From: Candidatus Methylomirabilota bacterium | GTDB taxonomy: Bacteria; Methylomirabilota; Methylomirabilia; Rokubacteriales; CSP1-6 | Assembly: GCA_046723845.1 (NCBI GenBank) | Contig: JBKOVG010000159.1 | Coordinates: 764-64,763, forward strand | DNA: 64,000 bases | Direction of reading: 5' to 3' | Part shown: positions 54,333 to 63,764 of the stretch, piece after piece | How the letters are laid out: every line of letters begins with the position of its first letter | Position numbering within the stretch: position 1 is the first letter of the stretch | Program-made: the position numbers and the translations under genes | The notes under the pieces: generated by a model | Database searches by the model: none | What the model was told of the DNA's origin: nothing | Seen by the model: only the letters and a program-made list of their open reading frames with translations

Positions 54333-55727
54333 GTGCGCGTGATCAGGCCCAGCACGGTCGGCGAGCTGCGGGCGAGCGGATACACGAGCCAGTCGGTCAA
54401 GCAGGAACTGAGGGACAACCTGGTCACGCGCCTCAAGGCGGGCGCGCCGCTCTTCCCCGGCATCGTCGGCTACGAGGACACCGTCCTTCCCCAGGTGGAG
54501 AACGCGCTCCTCTCGGGACAGGACATCGTGTTCCTGGGCGAGCGCGGTCAGGCCAAGACCAAGATCGCCCGTCTCATGGTGAACCTTCTCGACGCCGAGG
54601 TGCCGGCCCTCGCGCGCTGCGAGACCAACGACGATCCCTTCGCGCCCATCTCGCAGGTGGGGCACCAGCTCATCGCCGAGCACGGCGACCGCGCTCCCAT
54701 CGTGTGGCTGCCGCGCGACCGCCGCTACGGGGAGAAGCTCGCCACCCCCGACATCACCATCGCCGACCTCATCGGCGAGGTGGATCCCATCAAGGTGGCG
54801 GAGGGGCGCTATCTCTCCGACGAGCTGACCATCCACTACGGGCTCCTCCCCCGCACCAATCGCGGCATCTTCGCCATCAACGAGCTGCCCGATCTCGCCG
54901 AGCGCATCCAGGTGGGCCTGCTCAACATCATGGAAGAGCGCGACGTGCAGATCCGTGGCTACAAGGTGCGCCTCGCCCTCGACGTGTTCGTGGTCGCCTC
55001 CGCCAATCCCGAGGACTACACGAACCGCGGCCGCATCATCACGCCGCTCAAGGACCGCTTCGGCTCGCAGATCCGCACGCACTATCCCAGGCGCATCCAG
55101 CACGAGATCGACATCATGGAAGCGGAGCGTACGAGCTTCGTCGATCCCGTGGAGACGCGCGCGCCGGAGTACATGAAGCAGATCGTGGCCGAGCTGACGC
55201 ATCTCGCCCGCCGCTCCTCGGAGATCAGTCAGCGCTCCGGCGTGTCCGTGCGGGTGAGCATCTGCAACTACGAGAACCTCCTGTCCAGCGCGCTCAAACG
55301 GGCCATCCGCCTGGGCGAGTCGGTGGCGTCGCCGCGCGTGAGCGATCTCGACGCCATGGTCGCCTCCACCTCGGGCAAGATCGAGCTCGAGTCGGTGGGC
55401 GAGGCGAGTGAGGAGAAGATCCTCGGCAAGCTCGCGCAGAAGGCGGTGCTCAACGTCTTCAACCGCGCTTTCACGGGGAGCGATCTCGACGACGTGATCG
55501 GCTCCTTCCAGGGCGGCATGAAGGTGGACGTCTCGGACGTGATGCCCTCCGAAGCCTACGTGCGGCAGATCGGCGAGGCCCGCCCCATCCATGCCGCGTG
55601 CAGGAAGCTCGGCGCGAAGGATCCCGCCTCCGTCGCCTCCGCGGTGGAGTTCGTGCTCGAAGGGCTGCACCTCTCCCGCAAGCTCAACAAAGACGTGAAG
55701 TCCGGCCAGACGAGCTATCGTAGCTAG
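54333..55727 (+). CDS. ChlI/MoxR-like AAA+ ATPase (Mg-chelatase-subunit-like)
   Basis: 464 aa. Walker A-like FLGERGQAKTK, Walker B/sensor FAINELPDL, then VVASANPEDYTNRGRIITPLKDRFG. No vWA-partner gene follows. Confidence 0.75.
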   Translation: MRVIRPSTVGELRASGYTSQSVKQELRDNLVTRLKAGAPLFPGIVGYEDTVLPQVENALLSGQDIVFLGERGQAKTKIARLMVNLLDAEVPALARCETNDDPFAPISQVGHQLIAEHGDRAPIVWLPRDRRYGEKLATPDITIADLIGEVDPIKVAEGRYLSDELTIHYGLLPRTNRGIFAINELPDLAERIQVGLLNIMEERDVQIRGYKVRLALDVFVVASANPEDYTNRGRIITPLKDRFGSQIRTHYPRRIQHEIDIMEAERTSFVDPVETRAPEYMKQIVAELTHLARRSSEISQRSGVSVRVSICNYENLLSSALKRAIRLGESVASPRVSDLDAMVASTSGKIELESVGEASEEKILGKLAQKAVLNVFNRAFTGSDLDDVIGSFQGGMKVDVSDVMPSEAYVRQIGEARPIHAACRKLGAKDPASVASAVEFVLEGLHLSRKLNKDVKSGQTSYRS

Positions 55728-55824
55728 CCTGCTCGCCGCTCCTGCAGAAGGAGGGCACCCATGACATTCCCGACTCGTACTCTTCTCGCCCTCGGTCTCG
55801 CGAGGTAACGCCACCCAAGCCCTA

Positions 55825-55905
55825 GCCTGAACTATTCACGAACACGCGGGGCGCGAGGCGGGTCGGGGCCCGATCGCACGTGCGGCAGCCGTGAAGAGTC
55901 AAGGC
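55825..55905. mobile_element. MITE-like palindromic element D1 with TA flanks
   Basis: The ends are GCCTGAACTATTCACG...CGTGAAGAGTCAAGGC (13/16 inverted match), flanked by TA (55823-55824 and 55906-55907). The left 38 nt are ~80% identical to the left end of D2. The right TA plus the terminal base forms the TAG stop of the dehydratase gene. Confidence 0.45.
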
Positions 55906-57890
55906 TAGCCAGTGGGACGCGGCGCACCTCCGAGGGCGGCGGCAATGGCGTCCACGTCGTAGACGCAGCCGCCCCAGGTCCCGCCGCCCGCCTGCTGGAG
56001 GAGAGCCCAGAGCCGCGTGTCCTCGGGCAGGCTCGCGTCCGGCGCCAGATCCCGACGCGGCGGCCGGCTCGCAAGCACGCGCGCGCCTTCCTCGGGGCCG
56101 AACAGCTGCTCGCCGTGCCCGACCAGGTCCACGCTGCCCTCGAGCCGATTCCTGTCCACCACGATGCGCACGAGATCGCCCTCGAGGACGCGGCCGATGG
56201 GTCCGCCCGCGAGCGCCTCGGGTCCCACGTGGCCGATGCAGGCGCCCGTGGAGACGCCGGAGAAGCGCGCGTCCGTCACCACCGCGACTTCCTTGCCCCA
56301 GGTCAGGTGCTTGAGGGCCGCGGTGATCTGGTAGATCTCCTCCATGCCCGCTCCCAGCGGGCCGCGGCAGATGAGCACGAGCACGTCGCCCGGCCGCACG
56401 CGCCCCGGACCTGTGCTCTTGATGGCTGCGATGGCGTCCCGCTCCCGGGTGAAGACGCGGGCGGGGCCCGTCTTGCGATAGACGCCGTCGGCGTCGACCA
56501 CCGTGGGATCGATGGCTGTGCTCTTGATCACCGAGCCCTCGGGGGCGAGATTGCCGCGCGGGAAGGTGACGGTGCTCGTGAGCCCGGCGCGGCGCGCGCG
56601 CTCCGGGCTCATGATGACGTCGTCGGGATCCACGCCGTCGACAACGCGCAGCCGCTCGCGCAGCGCACGCCGGCGGTCCGAGCCCTCCCACCAGTCGAGC
56701 ACGCGCCCGAGCCGGTCGCCCGACACGGTGAGAGCATCCAGGTCGAGCAAGCCCTCGCGGCGCAGGTGCAGCATCACCTCGGGAACGCCGCCCGCGAGGA
56801 ACACGCGCACCGTCGGATGATTGCGCGGTCCGTTGGGCAGCGCGTCGACCAGGCGCGGCACGCGACGGTTGATCTCGATCCAGTCCTCCACGGTGGGGCG
56901 CCGGAGGCCGGCGGCGTGCGCTGCCGCAGGCAGGTGCAGCAGGAGGTTGGTCGAGCCGCCGAAGGCCGCGTGGACGACCATGGCGTTGCGCACCGCCGCG
57001 TCGGTGACGATGTCGCGCGTGGCGAGGCCGCGCGCCTCCAGCCTGACCATGGCGCGCGCGGCGCGCCGGGCCATGTCGAGCCACACGGGCTGGCCCGACG
57101 GCGCCAGCGCGGAGTGCGGCAGGGAGAGGCCGAGGGCCTCGCCCACCACCTGCGAAGTGGCCGCGGTACCGAGGAACTGGCAGCCGCCGCCCGGCGAGCC
57201 GCAGGCGCGGCAGCCGAGATCGCTCGCCTCCTCGAGGGTGAGCTCGCCGTGGGCGAAGCGCGCCCCGATGCTCTGCACCTTGCCCGCGTCCTCGCCGTCG
57301 GTGGGGGGCAGCGTGACGCCGCCGGGGACGAGCACGCACGGCAGATCGCGCATGGCGGAGAGGGCCAGCATCATGGCGGGCAGGCCCTTGTCGCAGGTCG
57401 CGATGCCCAGCACGCCCTTGCGCGTGGGCAGCGAGCGGATGAGCCGGCGGAAGACGATGGCCGCGTCGTTCCGGTAGGCGAGGCTGTCCATCATGCCCAC
57501 TGTGCCCTGGGTGCGGCCGTCGCACGGATCCGAGCAGAAGGCGGCGAAGGGCAGGCACTCGAGCCGCGTCAATTCCTCCGCCGCGGCCTGCATGAGGAGC
57601 CCCACCTCCCAGTGACCGGTGTGATAGCCGAGGGCCACGGGATGGCCGTCGGCCGCGCGCACGCCGCCCTGCGTGGAGAGCATGAGGTACTGCGGGCGGC
57701 CGAGCTCGCGAGGGTCCCAGCCCATCCCCGCGTTCTGGGTCAACCCGAAGATGTCGCCGCTCGGACTCTCCTGCAGCATCTCCGCGGTGAGCGGGAGCCG
57801 GCCGCGCGGACCCGGCGCCGCGCTCTTCACCTCGAACAGATCGCTGGTGGACTCCACGATCTCGGTGAAGCCGAGGGATCTCGTGCTCAT
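55905..57890 (-). CDS. IlvD/Edd-family dehydratase (YjhG/YagF sugar-acid dehydratase-like)
   Basis: 661 aa from ATG 57890. Reads CDGRTQG...[11 protein letters not shown]...TDARFSG, with the Fe-S cluster Cys and family motifs. The upstream 41 codons of the track ORF are discarded. Confidence 0.85.
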   Translation of the reverse strand: MSTRSLGFTEIVESTSDLFEVKSAAPGPRGRLPLTAEMLQESPSGDIFGLTQNAGMGWDPRELGRPQYLMLSTQGGVRAADGHPVALGYHTGHWEVGLLMQAAAEELTRLECLPFAAFCSDPCDGRTQGTVGMMDSLAYRNDAAIVFRRLIRSLPTRKGVLGIATCDKGLPAMMLALSAMRDLPCVLVPGGVTLPPTDGEDAGKVQSIGARFAHGELTLEEASDLGCRACGSPGGGCQFLGTAATSQVVGEALGLSLPHSALAPSGQPVWLDMARRAARAMVRLEARGLATRDIVTDAAVRNAMVVHAAFGGSTNLLLHLPAAAHAAGLRRPTVEDWIEINRRVPRLVDALPNGPRNHPTVRVFLAGGVPEVMLHLRREGLLDLDALTVSGDRLGRVLDWWEGSDRRRALRERLRVVDGVDPDDVIMSPERARRAGLTSTVTFPRGNLAPEGSVIKSTAIDPTVVDADGVYRKTGPARVFTRERDAIAAIKSTGPGRVRPGDVLVLICRGPLGAGMEEIYQITAALKHLTWGKEVAVVTDARFSGVSTGACIGHVGPEALAGGPIGRVLEGDLVRIVVDRNRLEGSVDLVGHGEQLFGPEEGARVLASRPPRRDLAPDASLPEDTRLWALLQQAGGGTWGGCVYDVDAIAAALGGAPRPTG

Positions 57891-58035
57891 GCCTGAATCG
57901 CGGTGACGTCGCTTGTCATGTCGTCTCCTCCCGTGAAGGTGCCGCCATCGCGTCGAGCCGGCGAGAGCGTAGATAGCATACACGCCGTGCCGAGTCACGG
58001 CAGCCCCCGCCATTGCCCGCGAGGCCGTCGCGGCC

Positions 58036-60270
58036 GTGGCGTATCATAGGCCTCCACTCATGGCTCGCTTGCTCCGGCTCGCCCCGGACGTGACCGCCGG
58101 CAGTATCTCGGCGCTCGTCACCCTCAGCTATTCCATCAGCTACGCCGTCCTCATCTTCAGCGGGCCGACCCTCGAGCCCTTCCTCGCTCGGGGCTTCCAC
58201 GCCGCCCTCGTGGCGGCCGCCCTCGTGGCCCTCGTAGTGGCGCTCAAGAGCTCCTTCCCCGCGGCCATCGCCGGTCCCGACTCCAACGCCAGCGCCATCC
58301 TCGCCGTCATGGCCGCAGGCCTCACGCGCGCCCTCGGTGACGCGCACGTCCCCGGCGAGCGCGTGGCCAATAGCGTCGTTCTCATGCTCGTACTGACCGC
58401 GATGGCCTCCGGCGCCATCGTCGCCCTCCTAGGCCTCCTTCGGTGGGGACGGCTCGTGCGGCTGATTCCCTATCCGGTGTGCGGCGGCTTTCTCGCCGGC
58501 TCGGGCTTCCTCCTGCTCGCCGGTGCCTTCAAGGTCCTCACCGGCCAGTCGCTGGGATGGACCACGGTGCACCTTCTGGCCGGCGAGCCCGCCCTCGCCT
58601 GGGCCACGGCCTTCGCGGTGGCCGTGGCGCTGCTCGTGCTCACGCGCGTCGTGCGTCACTTCCTCGTCCTGCCCGGCGTCTTCGTCGCCGCCGTCATGGC
58701 CTTCTATCTCGGGCTCTGGCTCAGCGGTCTCACCATGGACGGCGCGCGGGCGCAGGGCTTGCTCATGACGCCCATCGAGACGGGCGGCGGCCCGTGGTGG
58801 CCCTCGCTTGGCGTTTCCTGGCCGGCACTCATCGCGGAGTGGCGGAACTTCCTCGCCATGCTCGTAGTCGTCATCGTGACCATCCTCCTCAACGCGGCGG
58901 GGCTCGAACTGGCGACGCAGCGCGAGGTCGATCTCGATCGCGAGCTCCGCGCCAGCGGGCTGGCCAGCCTCGTCTCCGGGTTGGGCGGCGGCATGGTCGG
59001 CTATCTTTCGGTGAGCCGGAGTCTCCTGAACGCCCGCGCCGGTGCCGCGAGCCGCGCCGCGGGCGTCTGGACGGCGGCCGTCTGCGCGGGGATCGCCATC
59101 TTCTGCGTGCGCCTCCTCTTCTACTTCCCGCGGCCCGTTCTCGCCGGCCTCCTGATCTACCTCGGCGTCGCCCTCCTCCGCGAGTGGGTCTGGGACACGT
59201 TCTTCAGGCTCCCCATCCGCGAGCACGTCCTCATCGTGGCCATCCTCGTCCTGATCGCCGCGCAGGGGATCATCACGGGCGTGGTCTTCGGCCTCCTCGT
59301 GGCGTCGTTCTTCTTCGCCTACAGTTACAGCCGCGCCACCTACGTCCGCCACGATCTGTCCGTGGCGCGCCACCGCTCCAACAAGGAGCGCACTCTGGAG
59401 GACACCGCGATCCTCCAGGAGCGCGGCAACCTCGGCCGCGCGCTCTGCCTGCAGGGCTATCTCTTCTTCGCCCTCGCGAGCCGGCTCGTGGAGACATGCC
59501 GCGACCTCATCGTCCAGTCCGGCGTGCGCTACCTCCTCCTCGACTTCCGCATGGTCCAGGGCCTCGACGCCTCGGCGGCCCTCAGCCTGAGCAAGCTCCA
59601 TCAGCTCTGCGGGCGCTATCGCGTCACCCTCATCCTGAGCGGGCTCCGGCCGGAGCATCAGGCCGTCCTCCAGCAGATGCGCTTCCTTCCCCATCCGGAG
59701 ATCCACCTCGTCTCCGACCTCGATCGAGGCATGGAGTGGATGGAAGATCGCCTGCTCGCGGGCGCCCACGACATGCCCGGTGCGTCTCCCGCGCCAGTGC
59801 CCGCGAGTGGCCCCGGATCCAACGGCGCCGCGGCCAGCACGGACCTCCGCGGCATGCTCGCCGCGCACTTCTCGCCGGAGGCCCTCCAGGTGCTGCTCGG
59901 GCTCTGCGAGCGGCTCGACATTCCGCAGGAGACGGTGCTGATGAGGCGGGGCGACGCGGGAGACGCGCTCTACTTCGTGGAGCAAGGCGAGGTCTCGGTC
60001 ATGGTGCACCTCGAGGACGGCAAGCAGAGACGGCTGCGCACGCTGGGTCCCGGCAGCATGGTGGGCGAGATGGCCCTCTACTCCGGCCAGCCACGCTCGG
60101 CCGACGTGGTGGCGGAGACGCCCTGCCGGGCCTACCGGTTGAGCGCGGAGCGCTTCGCCCGGCTGGAGCGCGTGGATCCTGCGGTGGTCATCGAGTTCCA
60201 CAGCTTCGTGGTCAAGCTCCTCGCCCAGCGGCTGACCGCCGCCTCCGAGGAAATCCGCGCGCTGCTCTAG
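58036..60270 (+). CDS. SulP/SLC26-family anion transporter fused to STAS and cyclic-nucleotide-binding domains
   Basis: 744 aa. A polytopic N-terminal ~470 aa is followed by a STAS-like region ([19 protein letters not shown]). The C-terminal cNMP-binding domain is [14 protein letters not shown]...[26 protein letters not shown] 58060 is an alternative start. Confidence 0.85.
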   Translation: MAYHRPPLMARLLRLAPDVTAGSISALVTLSYSISYAVLIFSGPTLEPFLARGFHAALVAAALVALVVALKSSFPAAIAGPDSNASAILAVMAAGLTRALGDAHVPGERVANSVVLMLVLTAMASGAIVALLGLLRWGRLVRLIPYPVCGGFLAGSGFLLLAGAFKVLTGQSLGWTTVHLLAGEPALAWATAFAVAVALLVLTRVVRHFLVLPGVFVAAVMAFYLGLWLSGLTMDGARAQGLLMTPIETGGGPWWPSLGVSWPALIAEWRNFLAMLVVVIVTILLNAAGLELATQREVDLDRELRASGLASLVSGLGGGMVGYLSVSRSLLNARAGAASRAAGVWTAAVCAGIAIFCVRLLFYFPRPVLAGLLIYLGVALLREWVWDTFFRLPIREHVLIVAILVLIAAQGIITGVVFGLLVASFFFAYSYSRATYVRHDLSVARHRSNKERTLEDTAILQERGNLGRALCLQGYLFFALASRLVETCRDLIVQSGVRYLLLDFRMVQGLDASAALSLSKLHQLCGRYRVTLILSGLRPEHQAVLQQMRFLPHPEIHLVSDLDRGMEWMEDRLLAGAHDMPGASPAPVPASGPGSNGAAASTDLRGMLAAHFSPEALQVLLGLCERLDIPQETVLMRRGDAGDALYFVEQGEVSVMVHLEDGKQRRLRTLGPGSMVGEMALYSGQPRSADVVAETPCRAYRLSAERFARLERVDPAVVIEFHSFVVKLLAQRLTAASEEIRALL

Positions 60271-60476
60271 CCCGGACCATTCACGAACTCGTGAGCGCGA
60301 GGCGGCCGGGTCCTGTCGTCGGGGGGAGGGTGCGCTCATGCTCCGTCACCCGCTCGCCTGATTCGCAGCCCTCCGGGCTGCGCGCAGGACGAGGGGGTCA
60401 CACTCCGCCTGCGCGCACCCCTCCCCCCGCCGCCACCCGGCCGGTCGGCCGCGCGGCGCTCGTGAATGGACCGGGC
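60270..60476. mobile_element. MITE-like element D2: 17-bp terminal inverted repeats, TA flanks, nested internal palindromes
   Basis: GCCCGGACCATTCACGA (60270-60286) pairs with TCGTGAATGGACCGGGC (60460-60476) with one mismatch. It is flanked by TA on both sides. Inner pairs are GGGGGGAGGGTGCGC/GCGCACCCCTCCCCCC and GCAGCC/GGCTGC. It exactly fills the gap between two convergent stop codons. Confidence 0.5.
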
Positions 60477-61633
60477 TATTGCTGCTGCTTCAGGAAGTCG
60501 AGGAGGAGCGCGCTCACCTCCTGCGGCCGCTCCTGCTGCACCCAGTGCCCCGCCCCCTCCACGAGGTGACAGCTCCGCATGTCCGTCACCGCATGCTTCT
60601 GCATCGCGATCATGTCGGCGCCCGGCCGCTGGTAGATGCCCCAGTCGCTCTTTCCCGCGATGAAGCACGAGGGCACGTCGATGGTGCGGCCGGAGAAAAC
60701 CTGGAGGTCGGCGGCGTTGCGCCCGCTCGTCGAGCATCGATACCACTGCAGCCCGCCCTGGAAGCCGTTCCTGCCATACTCCTCCGCGTACACCGCGAGC
60801 TCACGATCGGGCAGCCACGTGTTGCTGGCGATCTCGGCCGCCGACGGCATCTCCTTGGCCACCGTCTCCGCCATGCCCTCGTGTAGGTCCATGATGTAGT
60901 ACGTCGGCATCTTCGCGAGCTCGCTCGCCGTCCAGGACTCGAGGGGATGCGGGTGGTTCTGCTTCCAGTCCGCGCTCTTGTGGTGATAGTAGGCGCGCAG
61001 GAACGCCTGCACGCCCTGCGAGCACTTCCACATGTTGTCGTTGGCCTCGCGGCTCGAGTAGTACCACTGATAGTGCTTGCGCGGGCGCGGGAGCGCGGCG
61101 AGGTCGTCGTGAATGTTCCCCCCGGGCGGCCTGGCCGCGGCTCGGCGGTCCGTGTTGAAGGGCAGCGCGCGCGGCCCACCGAACGGCGCGCTCATCATCG
61201 CCACGGAACGGAAGACATCGGGCCGGATCAACGAGCACCACGCCGCCACCGTGGAACCCGCATCGTGGCCGAAGACGCCTCGCACAGATCGGTGACCGAG
61301 CGCGGAGGTCAGCGCCATGGCATCCCGCACCAGATTGAGCGTGCGGAAAGGCGCGAGGCCGCCATCGTAGCTGCCGTCCCATCCGGTGGTCCGCCCGTAG
61401 CCGCGCTGATCGGGGGCGACGACATGAAAGCCCGATGCGGCGAGCGGCCACATCACCTTTCTCCAGCTGTAGGCGAGCTCGGGGAAGCCGTGCAGCAGCA
61501 GCACGAGCGGACGGCCCACGGCCTCGAAGCCGGCTTCCAGGATGTGCATGCGGAGGCCGTTGACGTCCTCGACGAATCGCGACCGGACGCCAGACGGCAG
61601 GGTCGATGACGGAAGGGATGTGAGCTCGCTCAT
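60476..61633 (-). CDS. Alpha/beta hydrolase, epoxide-hydrolase-like
   Basis: 385 aa. The oxyanion motif is LLLHGFPELAYSWR, the nucleophile elbow is GHDAGS, and the C-terminal segment is GAGHWVQQE. Confidence 0.85.
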   Translation of the reverse strand: MSELTSLPSSTLPSGVRSRFVEDVNGLRMHILEAGFEAVGRPLVLLLHGFPELAYSWRKVMWPLAASGFHVVAPDQRGYGRTTGWDGSYDGGLAPFRTLNLVRDAMALTSALGHRSVRGVFGHDAGSTVAAWCSLIRPDVFRSVAMMSAPFGGPRALPFNTDRRAAARPPGGNIHDDLAALPRPRKHYQWYYSSREANDNMWKCSQGVQAFLRAYYHHKSADWKQNHPHPLESWTASELAKMPTYYIMDLHEGMAETVAKEMPSAAEIASNTWLPDRELAVYAEEYGRNGFQGGLQWYRCSTSGRNAADLQVFSGRTIDVPSCFIAGKSDWGIYQRPGADMIAMQKHAVTDMRSCHLVEGAGHWVQQERPQEVSALLLDFLKQQQ

Positions 61634-61758
61634 GACTCTCTCGGAAATTGCCGGTCGCGGTGTCCCATCGTCCGAGGCGCACCTCGCGCCCAGGTGAGCG
61701 GGATGCTAGCCTCGCCGACACGGCCGGTCAAGCAAGCCTCGACAGGGAGCGGGATCCT

Positions 61759-61798
61759 CGAAACAACGAAAGAGCCCGGAGCGGGCACTCCGGGCTCT
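61759..61798 (-). terminator. Intrinsic (Rho-independent) terminator
   Basis: The minus strand reads AGAGCCCGGA-GUGCCCGC-UCCGGGCUCU followed by UUCGUUGUUUCG. It has a perfect 10-bp stem, an 8-nt loop and a U-rich tail. On the + strand no U-tract follows. Confidence 0.7.
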
Positions 61799-62149
61799 CG
61801 CGTGGCGTCGCGATTGCGGACGACTGAGAGCGGCTACGTGGCAGGCTCCCCTACGATGGCCGTCACCACCTTTTGACCGCCACCCTCCTCGAAGCTGGCC
61901 TATGCCAATCCGGGTCATCACCTGATGACTCCAGAAATGGGGAAATTCCCACCGCGGGACTCGTGAACCCGAGCCAACGAGCGACGAGAAACTGCCTAGC
62001 GTGCAGAAACTCCCAAACCATCTTGCCCACCTATCCGCATTCCATTTCTTCCTGGACCTCGAGCTATCGTCTACATTTCCGGAGAGCAGGAAGATTTTTC
62101 AGCTCGCAGCCCGTTTCTTCCCGACCGCTAATATCTGGTCGCTCCCTGG

Positions 62150-62566
62150 CTACCGCAGCAGCGGTAGCTCGGTTGGCTGTGGGAACTCCTTGGGCGGGGG
62201 CGTCGGCATCAGATCGATGCGAGTGGCGAAGCTCTTGCCCAGCAGCGTCTCGTAGGAAGCCTTGACCCTCACGCCTTCTTGGATGTCATCCAGCGTCGCC
62301 GCCCGCCCCTCGTCGCGGATCTTGGTGCCGCTGGTCAATTCGAGTGTTTTCTCCCAGTGTCCTGAAGCTCCCGTGGACACCTCGATCGTCCTCTTTGCCG
62401 GATTGACCTTCTTGACCGTGCCCTCGATGGAGGAAGCCGCGTCTGGAGGTGGAGAGACTTGCATACGCGATCGGGGCGGCCGCGCCTGCGCACTCCAAGG
62501 GCCCGCGATCATGATCATGGCAAGCAACGCAGCCACCGCCACCAGGAACGGCAAATTCTTCCGCAT
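62150..62566 (-). CDS. Small exported hypothetical protein
   Basis: 138 aa from ATG 62566 with AGGAGG Shine-Dalgarno upstream. The signal peptide is MRKNLPFLVAVAALLAMIMIAGPWSAQA. The mature part is beta-rich (TVKKVNPAKRTIEVSTG...). The stop lies inside the hairpin GCTACCGC-AGCA-GCGGTAGC. Confidence 0.65.
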   Translation of the reverse strand: MRKNLPFLVAVAALLAMIMIAGPWSAQARPPRSRMQVSPPPDAASSIEGTVKKVNPAKRTIEVSTGASGHWEKTLELTSGTKIRDEGRAATLDDIQEGVRVKASYETLLGKSFATRIDLMPTPPPKEFPQPTELPLLR

Positions 62567-62726
62567 ACCCTTACCTCCTTTCCCCTTCGGCGCGACGGCC
62601 GACATCGAACGATACGCAACTGGCCGACGCCACCTAAGGAAAAGGCAAGCCGCGTGCCACGAGATACGCGAAGAAGAGCCCCCGGCGTGTTTCACGACGC
62701 AGCGCGCCCGCTGTATCATCGAAGTC

Positions 62727-63563
62727 GTGAGACGTGTGCTGCCGTCCGTGGAAGTCCTCGGAGTATTCGTGCGATCAATGGCCGTGGGCGCCACGATTGC
62801 TGTCCTTGGTGCAGGGTGCACCGTCGCACCCGCGCGTGAACCCAGCCGTGAGGACGTCCTGGACCGTCTGCTGCCATCCGCCGTCCAGATCGTCCTGGAG
62901 AATCCTGAGGGTCGGCGCCTCCGGACCGGATCGGGTGTGGTGATCGCGTCCCGACCGAAGGGTCAAGGCTCGGAGTGCTTCGTGCTCACGAGCGGCCACA
63001 CGGTGGCCGACACGAAAGGGCAGAAGGCGATCTATCTCCTGTTCGGCCGTCAGCGGGGAGCCGGCACGAAGGAAACCGGCAGCTTGTTGGCGTACCGCAC
63101 GAGGGCCGATCTCGACCTGGCCCTCCTCCGCGCGGAGAGCGATGAATGCGTACCCGCCCACCTGGCCGCGCCCCCCCGGCTCGGCGAAGCCATCTGGGTC
63201 GTCACCTTTCCGTGGGGTCGCAATCTGGTGCTGGCGCGGGGAATCGTCAGTCAGGTGAACGGAGATGCCGCCCCGGACCGGGAGTTGACGCCTCGGCTCA
63301 TGGTGGATGCGTCGGTCAGCTACGGGGCGAGCGGCGGCGGCGTGTACAACGCGCGCGACGGCGGCCTGATCGGACTCGTCGAGGGCTATCGCACCGCGCG
63401 CGTCACCTCCCAAGGGAGCGAGCCCTCGTGGTACATCGATGTGCCGATGCCCGGCCAGACATTGGTCACTCCCCTCTCGGACATTCGTCGATTCCTCGCT
63501 GAGACGGGCCACTCCGAGCTGATCCTCGGGACGCCAGGCTCCGCAGGCCACGTGTCACGCTGA
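62727..63563 (+). CDS. Trypsin-like (S1 family) serine protease lipoprotein
   Basis: The lipobox is AVLGAGC. The catalytic triad contexts are LTSGHTV, DLDLALLR and SYGASGGGV. The start is ambiguous: GTG 62727 gives an RR-containing signal, and ATG 62778 is the alternative. Confidence 0.75.
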   Translation: MRRVLPSVEVLGVFVRSMAVGATIAVLGAGCTVAPAREPSREDVLDRLLPSAVQIVLENPEGRRLRTGSGVVIASRPKGQGSECFVLTSGHTVADTKGQKAIYLLFGRQRGAGTKETGSLLAYRTRADLDLALLRAESDECVPAHLAAPPRLGEAIWVVTFPWGRNLVLARGIVSQVNGDAAPDRELTPRLMVDASVSYGASGGGVYNARDGGLIGLVEGYRTARVTSQGSEPSWYIDVPMPGQTLVTPLSDIRRFLAETGHSELILGTPGSAGHVSR

Positions 63564-63764
63564 CTCGGGCTCGGCGGAGATCTCGGCAGGCGACGTCACG
63601 ACGGGGCACGCTCTGCGCAGGCCGTCGTGTATTGTTCCCCCGGCATTACCGGGTGGTCGAGCGGCTGGGTCGTGCGGCTATCGTGTCGCCGATCGCGCTG
63701 GCGACCGTGCGCATCACAGTGGGAGACCGTCTGCCGTAGCGAGCGAGGGCAGACTCCGGGCTAG

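Noticed and set aside
62040-62100. SRP-RNA-like string AGGUCCAGGAAGAAAUGG on the minus strand of the AT-richer region. RNase P, tmRNA and 6S were also considered.
   Set aside because: It lacks the GGAA-tetraloop helix-8 symmetric and asymmetric loop context of 4.5S RNA. It also lacks the RNase P GAGGAAAGUCC box and the tmRNA tag frame or tRNA-like end.
61873-62265. 130-aa (+) and 84-aa (+, 62001-62255) ORFs spanning the AT-richer region.
   Set aside because: They are Ser/Arg/Pro-rich with no start context. They overlap the 3' end of the well-supported minus-strand gene, and their codon usage is unlike neighbouring genes.
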